A DNA stretch of 64,000 bases from Thermodesulfobacteriota bacterium (GTDB lineage Bacteria > Desulfobacterota > Desulfomonilia > Desulfomonilales > Desulfomonilaceae): positions 10,996-74,995 of the forward strand of contig JBMOME010000054.1 in NCBI GenBank assembly GCA_049323095.1, given 5' to 3'. The notes below the pieces were generated by a model. That model worked only from the letters and a program-made list of their open reading frames with translations, did no database searches and was not told the DNA's origin. The position numbers and the translations under genes are program-made. Positions 58,601-64,000 of this stretch are shown here, piece by piece; the stretch's first letter is position 1, and each line of letters begins with the position of its first letter.

Positions 58601-61600
58601 AGTGGGTTCGTCTTCAGACGGCAAAGGCAAAGGGATCACCGCGCCCAACGCAGCCGGACAGGAGAGGGCCGTACGCGCTGCCCTGGCAACAGGCAACATC
58701 TCGGCGATGTCTTTGGGTCTCATCGAAGCTCATGGAACCTCAACCGCAGTGGGCGACAAGACCGAGCTGATGGTTCTGGACAAGCTCCTGAGAGATGCCG
58801 GCCTCCCAGCGCAATCGGTGGGCATCGGATCGATCAAATCTCAGATTGGGCACTTAAAGGCTGCGGCCGGAGCAGCAGGAGTGCTGAAAGCCGCGCTCAG
58901 TTTGTACCATCAGACTATGCCGCCCACCATTAATGTGAAGAACCCCAACCCCTGCATCGACTGGGAAACTTCGCCGCTCTTTCTCGTTACCGAGCCGCGG
59001 AAATGGGAACCATCGGGCAGTGTTCCGCGGCGGGCCGGCGCGAGCGCATTCGGTTTCGGGGGAACCAACTTCCATATTTGCCTCCAGGAGCATGTTCCGG
59101 GCCTGCGAGTTATCAAAGGCGGCAGACAAGAGCCCCAATCTATATCCGTCTTGCCCCCCGATTGGCCAAAACCCGCTGAATTGCCCCTCTCGGGTGAAGC
59201 GTGGGTGCTCGGGGCCCACGACATGCAGGACCTGGCCGCGAAGATTGCAGCAATCAAGACTGAATTAGTCGAAGGGAATTCCCAGGCGCTTGCCAGTCGT
59301 TGCAGAGAGGCTGCTCCGGCATCTCCACTTCGATGCGGGTTTGCAGCAGTATCTTCTGAAGAAGCGACCAAGAAACTCACCTTGATTGGGGAAGCCATCG
59401 CGGATCCCAAGAAGGCCCCAGCGCTCCGCGCAAGAGGTATCCATTTCAGCGAACGCGCTGTGGAACGATCCGGTGCTGGAATCGCGTTCCTCTTTCCAGG
59501 GCAGGGATCGCAGTATCCATACATGTTCAGGGATTTGGCCGAGCAGTACCCAGTGGTGGCCGAAACTTTCCAAGAGGCTGATGAGATTGTCGCTTCTCTA
59601 GGCCTTCCTCCGCTCACGAGCGTTGTTTTCCCCGACCCTGGCGCTGCTCAGGATACGAGCGCGGCTGCCGATGCCATGAAGGATACCCAGCTCCTACAGC
59701 CCATGATCCTGACTGCAAACACTGCGATGTTCCGGCTCCTGGAACAGATGGGCGTGCGTCCGGTCTCGTGTGCAGGCCATTCCCTGGGCGAGTACGCTGC
59801 GTGCGTCGCTGCCGGAGTCTTTTCGTTCCGAGACGCCTTGGAAGCGGTCGCGGTGCGTGGCAGGGAAATGGCCAGAGTGAGCATCGACGATCCGGGCCTC
59901 ATGATGAGCATATCTGCGGATGCGCGCTTGGTTGAGGAGGTGCTGAGCCAGGTCGACGGATACGTGGTTGCCGCGAACAAGAATTCGCCCAAGCAGACAG
60001 TTATATCGGGCCTCACTCATGCGGTGAAGCAGGCCGCGGAGCTCTTCAAAGCCCGCGGGCTCGAAGGAGCGATCCTGCCGGTTTCTGCCGCGTTCCATTC
60101 CGGTGTGGTCGCCCCCGCAAGAGAGCCCTTTATGGAGACGCTCCGGCGTCTCACCGTCAAACAACCGACCGTGCCGGTTCTATCAAACGTGACCGGCGAC
60201 TTCTATCCGGTCGGTCCCGCGGCCCCGGGCAAGATCCGGGATTTGCTCGGCAAGCAGTTTGCCGCGCCTGTGGAGTGGGTAAAGACCTTGCGCAAGATGT
60301 ATGCAGAGGGGATACGCATTTTCTTGGAATGCGGCCCCAAGCGGGTTTTGACCAACCTTACTCTGGATACACTTCCTGGCGACGTGCTGGCCCTGGCCAC
60401 CAATCACCCGAAGAAGGGCGGCATTATGCAGCTCATGGAGGCTCTGGCTGCTCTTTCCGTGGAAGGCGTGAATTTCGACCTGGCTGGGCCTCAGGCTGCC
60501 GCAAGTCAACGTAAAGAGCGGCCTGTGTTGATGCTGGTGAAAGAGACGACCCAGACGGCATCAAAAGAGGCCGTGCCTGCTCTCGCGACTGCGTCCAATC
60601 CGCTCGATCCGCTGCTCGATCCGCAGCTCCGCGAAGTCGCGTCAAAGGCCGAATTCCCGCGATATCTCGAATTGCAGGCAGAGCCTATCCGCGCGCTGAT
60701 CAAGACCGGGTTCGATACGTATCTCAAGAGCATCCTGCCGATGGAAAAGACCGTTATCCAGGTCAAGTCCGAAGGTATGGACTTCCAGCCCGTAGTCATC
60801 AGCGGGATATCGGCAGGGCTGCCCAGCGACGTGCGTTTCCCCTTTGATCGAGAGACCATGGACGACCTGATCCTGGGCCGCAATTTCATCAAGCGCGTCC
60901 CTGAGCAGGGCCTGCACGACATGGTCGAAAAGAACATCGAGCGCCTGTACAAAGGCCCCGACGGCGAAGCAGAACTGCATCTGGTGCAGGATACCGACGG
61001 TGTGATCAAACTGGCCGGGTACTTCAGCGAATATCATCTCGCGCAAGAATACGGCATCGATCAGCGCTTGGTCGGCTCTATGGATGTCACGACACAGCTT
61101 GCTCTGATGGCAGGCATCGAAGCGCTTAAAGACGCGGGTATTCCATTAGTGCGGCAAACCCGCACCACGAGCACTGGTCTTGAGCTGCCCGATGCGTGGG
61201 CGCTCCCTGAACCGTTGCGGGCTGAAACCGCGGTGATCTTCGCTTCAGCCTTTCCTGGATTAGTCTCCCTGGTGGATGAGCTTACCCGCGAGGCCGCGAG
61301 TCGATACGGCTCAGGGGCTCGCAAGAGACTGATTGAATTCTACACAGGGCTGATCGGTCGGGTGCAAGATGACAAGGAGCGTGATGCCATAACCGCATGG
61401 TTCTCTGAGGAATTCGGCAGGATCAACCATGTGGAATCGGAAGAAGTTTACTCATTCAACCGGAGTTTTCTCTTGCGGGTCCTGAGCATGGGTTCGGGGC
61501 AATTGGCTCAGTTCATCAGGGCTCAAGGTCCCAATAGCCATGTAGATGCGGCCTGCGCAAGCACCACCCAGGCGATTCTGTTGGCTCGTGACTGGATCCG

Positions 61601-64000
61601 TACGGGCCAAGCAAAAAGGGTCTTGGTAGTGGCGGCCGACGATGTGGCCGGCAAGACGCTCTTCCCGTGGATAGGGTCCGGTTTCCTCGCGATGGGCGCG
61701 GCCACGACAAAAGAAAGTGTTACCGAAGCTGCGCTTCCCTTTGATGACCGAAGGAATGGATTGATACTAGGTTCCGCGGCTGTGGGCCTAGTCCTGGAAA
61801 AGGAGAGTCTCACAAAGAAACGGGGCATGGAAGCCCTGGCCGCGATCGAAGCCGGTATCAGCGCGAACAGCGCGTACCACGGGACCCGCCTTGACCAAGA
61901 CCATATCAGTGCTGTCATGCGCCGCATGATCGAGAAGTGGGAAGAACAGACCGGGCGCTCGCGACAAGAACTGGCCAAGGACGTGGTCTTCATGTCCCAC
62001 GAAACCTATTCGCCCAAACGCGGTGGCAGCTCCGCGGCGGAAATACAAGCGCTGCGTGAGACCTTCGGCGATAGCGCCAGAGAGATCCCTATCGCCAATA
62101 CCAAAGGATTTACCGGCCATACCATGGGCGCGGGAGTCGAGGATGTGGTCGCGATCCGGTCGCTCCAGAAGTGCCTGATACCGCCCATTCCCAACCTGAA
62201 GCAGCCCGATCCGGAGTTCGCAGACATGAATCTCAGCCGTGGCGGTTCATGTCGAGCAAACCACGTCTTGAGACTGGCCGCAGGTTTTGGTTCGCAGATC
62301 GTGATGGCTGTTTACAAGATCCTCAGCCGTCAAGAAAACCGAATCACCGACCTTGCCGCACACCGGCAGTGGCTCAAGGAGATCACCGGCTATGCCGATC
62401 CGGTGATCGCGGTGGAAGAGCGCACCCTTCGCGTGGTCCAACGCGGAGCCGCAGGTGCTGCGATGCAGAAGGCAGCTGTTGCGGAGGCGGAGGTTGCAGC
62501 TAAGCCGACCGCGGGACTTACTGCAGATGCTGCAGAAGTCAGGGAAAAGATCCTGACGCTCCTTTCGGACAAGACCGGGTACCCGCCGGACATGCTCGAT
62601 ACTGGCCTTGACCTGGAAGCAGACCTTGGCATCGATACGGTGAAGCAGGCAGAGTTCATCTCCGACGTTCGAGAGACATTCGGCATTCCGCGCATTGAAG
62701 GGCTCAAGATCGCGGATTTCCCGACCATCGAGCACATCATTCGTTTCGTGCTTGAACACACCGGCCGACAATCGGATTCCACCCAGGGAACCGCGGCCGG
62801 CGGTCAGGATATTGAAGCCATCCAAACTACAATCCTGCAATTGCTTTCGGACAAGACCGGGTACCCGCCCGATATGCTCGATCCTGACCTTGATCTGGAA
62901 GCCGATCTCGGCATTGATACGGTGAAACAGGCTGAATTCATAAGTGAGGTGCGGCAACGGTTCGGTATTCCTCGCATCGAAGGCCTGAAGATTGCTGATT
63001 TTCCGACCATTCGGCACATTGTGGGCTTTGTGAAAGAGCGGAGCAGGCACGAATCACCCGTGCAGGAAGACGCCAGTAAAACCAGCGACGAGGAAAAGAC
63101 TTCGCTAGCCGAACCAGAGGTCCGTCTGTACGAAGCCAGACTTGTCCGAGTGCCTAAACCGGTCGAGATGCCCTCGCCGGAAGCTGACCAAGTGGTTATA
63201 GCCGGAAGCTCAGCGGAACTGGCCGATGCTCTGGAAGAGGAGCTTCACCAGCTCGGGTACGACAACGTGCAGCGAATCTCCAACCCGGCCCAAATTGAGC
63301 AGCACGCGGCGACTCGCATCGGCGTTGTGAACCTGTTCCCATTGAGCAAGAACGCGCAGGGGCTCAAAAACACTTTCGACCTGTACGTGAGGCTCGCGAA
63401 GTCGTATGAAAAGGGCCCATCATTCCTGGTGACCCTGGTCTCCCAAGACGGCGCTTACGGTTTTGATTGCCCCACTACCGATGGATACCTGTCAGGAGCC
63501 GCGGCCGGAGCCACGAAATCCTTTGCGCGGGAATTTCCGGAGAGCACGGTGCGATTGCTCGATGCCCATCCGGATCTCGATCCGACTCAAACGGCGCAAT
63601 TTCTGGCTCGTAGTCTCAAAGAGAGCTTCCCGTTGGAGACGGGAGTTGCTGGAGACGGGTGGCTTCGGGCAATCAGACTGGTTCCAACTATGGGACCCCA
63701 GGAAGAGGCCCCGCTCAGCGCAGGAGATGTGATTCTGTGCAGCGGAGGCGCGCGGGGCATCACCGCGTCATGCCTGACGCATCTTGCGAGGCAAGGCTCC
63801 TTTACGTTTGTGATCCTTGGCCGAACTGCCTTGTCAGACAGGGCAGAACAAAGGGCCCAGTATGGCCCTGAGCAATGGCAGCAAGAGAAGACCCGCATCA
63901 TAGACCGCATGAAGCGAGAAAGTGCCACGCCGACTCCGGTCGCGGTTGAACGGGAGCTGTCCCGGCTTCAGGCAGAAGCCGAGGTTTTCCGCACCCTGAC
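55611..64000 (+). CDS. type I PKS / PUFA-synthase-like megasynthase, first 2796 codons (3' end beyond the window)
   Basis: Not in the ORF track because it is open at the window edge. I translated the frame codon by codon and found no stop. Domains read from motifs: an NMO/ER-like barrel without GGH (about 55640-56170); a PfaD-like enoyl reductase (PIVQGPMAHVS, FEGCESGGHIG, about 56571-57240); KS (DAACASS, Cys codon 58329-58331; EAHGTSTAVGD; SQIGHLKAAAG; about 57701-59090); malonyl-type AT (FPGQGSQY; GHSLGEY, Ser codon 59781-59783; AAFHS; about 59478-60360); a second KS (DAACAST, Cys codon 61554-61556; about 60790-62320); two carrier domains (about 62530-62760 and 62812-63040); and KR (SGGARGITA, 63741-63764, continuing to the edge). 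Confidence 0.9.
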   Translation, partial: MTIRLPFELRIPLLYVNPPANADPRLIEVVSKAGGLGFVDHATAGPAAFSVQEGTPHGVRIRLDALKNSLFGPNVKACLIPLEDADDVARLDPGELKAFPVPVLVEVGSAAQAAGAEKAGAAALVARGNEGPGWVSERSGLVLLQEILGVCPLPVFLQGGIGLHTAAGAVGAGATGVVLDVHLLLTEESVINASLKSFFSALGIPATVTLGEAWGKPCRVYSRVGTRMVRELRKVEDSLGQDEFHSLKECINAALGKNTASLDTDDALLALSEDIVTAKTLAGEFARARAILEEFARRMESRCGTWPFAEESGLCKAHGTLLPIVQGPMAHVSDNPDFLAAVAQGGALPFLAMGNMPAPIAREGIELARSKTNGKFGVGLIGLEVNRHCYEAHLEIMKENPPPFAILAAGSVELAQRIEEMGTVCYLHCPAPTLVSEGVKAGLRHFVFEGCESGGHIGALGSLDLWEANLRELEQAARDGISLAEVSVLFAGGIATARASAFVAGMVADLAARGLRVGLQMGTAYLATSEAVSTCAITQTYHGLTLESDRTVVIGRTVNTRARAAASPMASQLIYREQERVRSGVPLRERKELYEKDNLGSLRLAAKGCAIDPSTATWDCPVFCDLPPKEQYDSGLYLMGQVVSLLNSPTTIEQLHREIIVQGREVFKQGSVHPEPQLQEIPELPETQITVEVEHPHEPIAIVGIGLRFPGSDSPEGFWDQIRSGRSGIIDVPPGRWDDPDFYYDPDPSVPDRTYSRIGGFIEGFVFDPLKYRIPPAVAQKMDRTQQMAVACVGDALADAKLSPDDLKGKRVGIILGNSMGGETTDLYATRVGLPRTLACLERSFEGLNVPAEAREELLERFKAAYLANLPVITEDSLPGELANVISGRVANVFNLEGPNFTVDAACASSMAAIMNAVAGLRDGTIDYAVTGGVDAAMHPSSFVKFCKIGALSPDGSRPFDAGANGFVMGEGCGILVLKRLSDAIRDNDRIYSTILEVGSSSDGKGKGITAPNAAGQERAVRAALATGNISAMSLGLIEAHGTSTAVGDKTELMVLDKLLRDAGLPAQSVGIGSIKSQIGHLKAAAGAAGVLKAALSLYHQTMPPTINVKNPNPCIDWETSPLFLVTEPRKWEPSGSVPRRAGASAFGFGGTNFHICLQEHVPGLRVIKGGRQEPQSISVLPPDWPKPAELPLSGEAWVLGAHDMQDLAAKIAAIKTELVEGNSQALASRCREAAPASPLRCGFAAVSSEEATKKLTLIGEAIADPKKAPALRARGIHFSERAVERSGAGIAFLFPGQGSQYPYMFRDLAEQYPVVAETFQEADEIVASLGLPPLTSVVFPDPGAAQDTSAAADAMKDTQLLQPMILTANTAMFRLLEQMGVRPVSCAGHSLGEYAACVAAGVFSFRDALEAVAVRGREMARVSIDDPGLMMSISADARLVEEVLSQVDGYVVAANKNSPKQTVISGLTHAVKQAAELFKARGLEGAILPVSAAFHSGVVAPAREPFMETLRRLTVKQPTVPVLSNVTGDFYPVGPAAPGKIRDLLGKQFAAPVEWVKTLRKMYAEGIRIFLECGPKRVLTNLTLDTLPGDVLALATNHPKKGGIMQLMEALAALSVEGVNFDLAGPQAAASQRKERPVLMLVKETTQTASKEAVPALATASNPLDPLLDPQLREVASKAEFPRYLELQAEPIRALIKTGFDTYLKSILPMEKTVIQVKSEGMDFQPVVISGISAGLPSDVRFPFDRETMDDLILGRNFIKRVPEQGLHDMVEKNIERLYKGPDGEAELHLVQDTDGVIKLAGYFSEYHLAQEYGIDQRLVGSMDVTTQLALMAGIEALKDAGIPLVRQTRTTSTGLELPDAWALPEPLRAETAVIFASAFPGLVSLVDELTREAASRYGSGARKRLIEFYTGLIGRVQDDKERDAITAWFSEEFGRINHVESEEVYSFNRSFLLRVLSMGSGQLAQFIRAQGPNSHVDAACASTTQAILLARDWIRTGQAKRVLVVAADDVAGKTLFPWIGSGFLAMGAATTKESVTEAALPFDDRRNGLILGSAAVGLVLEKESLTKKRGMEALAAIEAGISANSAYHGTRLDQDHISAVMRRMIEKWEEQTGRSRQELAKDVVFMSHETYSPKRGGSSAAEIQALRETFGDSAREIPIANTKGFTGHTMGAGVEDVVAIRSLQKCLIPPIPNLKQPDPEFADMNLSRGGSCRANHVLRLAAGFGSQIVMAVYKILSRQENRITDLAAHRQWLKEITGYADPVIAVEERTLRVVQRGAAGAAMQKAAVAEAEVAAKPTAGLTADAAEVREKILTLLSDKTGYPPDMLDTGLDLEADLGIDTVKQAEFISDVRETFGIPRIEGLKIADFPTIEHIIRFVLEHTGRQSDSTQGTAAGGQDIEAIQTTILQLLSDKTGYPPDMLDPDLDLEADLGIDTVKQAEFISEVRQRFGIPRIEGLKIADFPTIRHIVGFVKERSRHESPVQEDASKTSDEEKTSLAEPEVRLYEARLVRVPKPVEMPSPEADQVVIAGSSAELADALEEELHQLGYDNVQRISNPAQIEQHAATRIGVVNLFPLSKNAQGLKNTFDLYVRLAKSYEKGPSFLVTLVSQDGAYGFDCPTTDGYLSGAAAGATKSFAREFPESTVRLLDAHPDLDPTQTAQFLARSLKESFPLETGVAGDGWLRAIRLVPTMGPQEEAPLSAGDVILCSGGARGITASCLTHLARQGSFTFVILGRTALSDRAEQRAQYGPEQWQQEKTRIIDRMKRESATPTPVAVERELSRLQAEAEVFRTL

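Overview
This is a 64-kb chromosomal segment of roughly 57-58% GC, judged by eye. Gene content, strong GGAGG ribosome-binding sites and many families of palindromic intergenic repeats suggest a deltaproteobacterial / Thermodesulfobacteriota (Syntrophobacterales-like) genome. That taxonomy is inference only. Gene order, left to right: miaA (partial); an alpha/beta hydrolase; arsC followed by phoB-phoR-phoU; a 1239-aa UvrD-type helicase fused to a Cas4/AddB-like Fe-S nuclease; pstSCAB with long-form PstC and PstA; a prepilin peptidase; a signal-peptide-bearing FAH-family hydratase; two paralogous small secreted proteins; tRNA-Leu(UAG); comEC; rodZ; and a DprA-like fusion protein plus an MBL hydrolase. 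Next comes a cluster of acetoacetyl-CoA synthetase, a TRAP transporter, 3-hydroxyacyl-CoA dehydrogenase, an SDR and a Liv-type ABC importer, then a SWIM-SNF2 helicase. The last block (46.5-64 kb) holds an outer-membrane barrel, a HlyD adaptor, a split ABC ATPase, two ABC-2 permeases, a TetR regulator and a PUFA-synthase-like megasynthase of more than 2796 codons that runs off the window. This block is my best candidate for an undescribed system. The synthase has an unfamiliar domain order, and both of its carrier domains have Thr where the phosphopantetheinyl Ser is expected. The second candidate is the DprA-like fusion protein at 27-28.7 kb, which carries a repeat unit in frame. I saw no rRNA, CRISPR array, transposase or integrase. 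All functional calls come from reading motifs by eye. No database search or folding program could be run.
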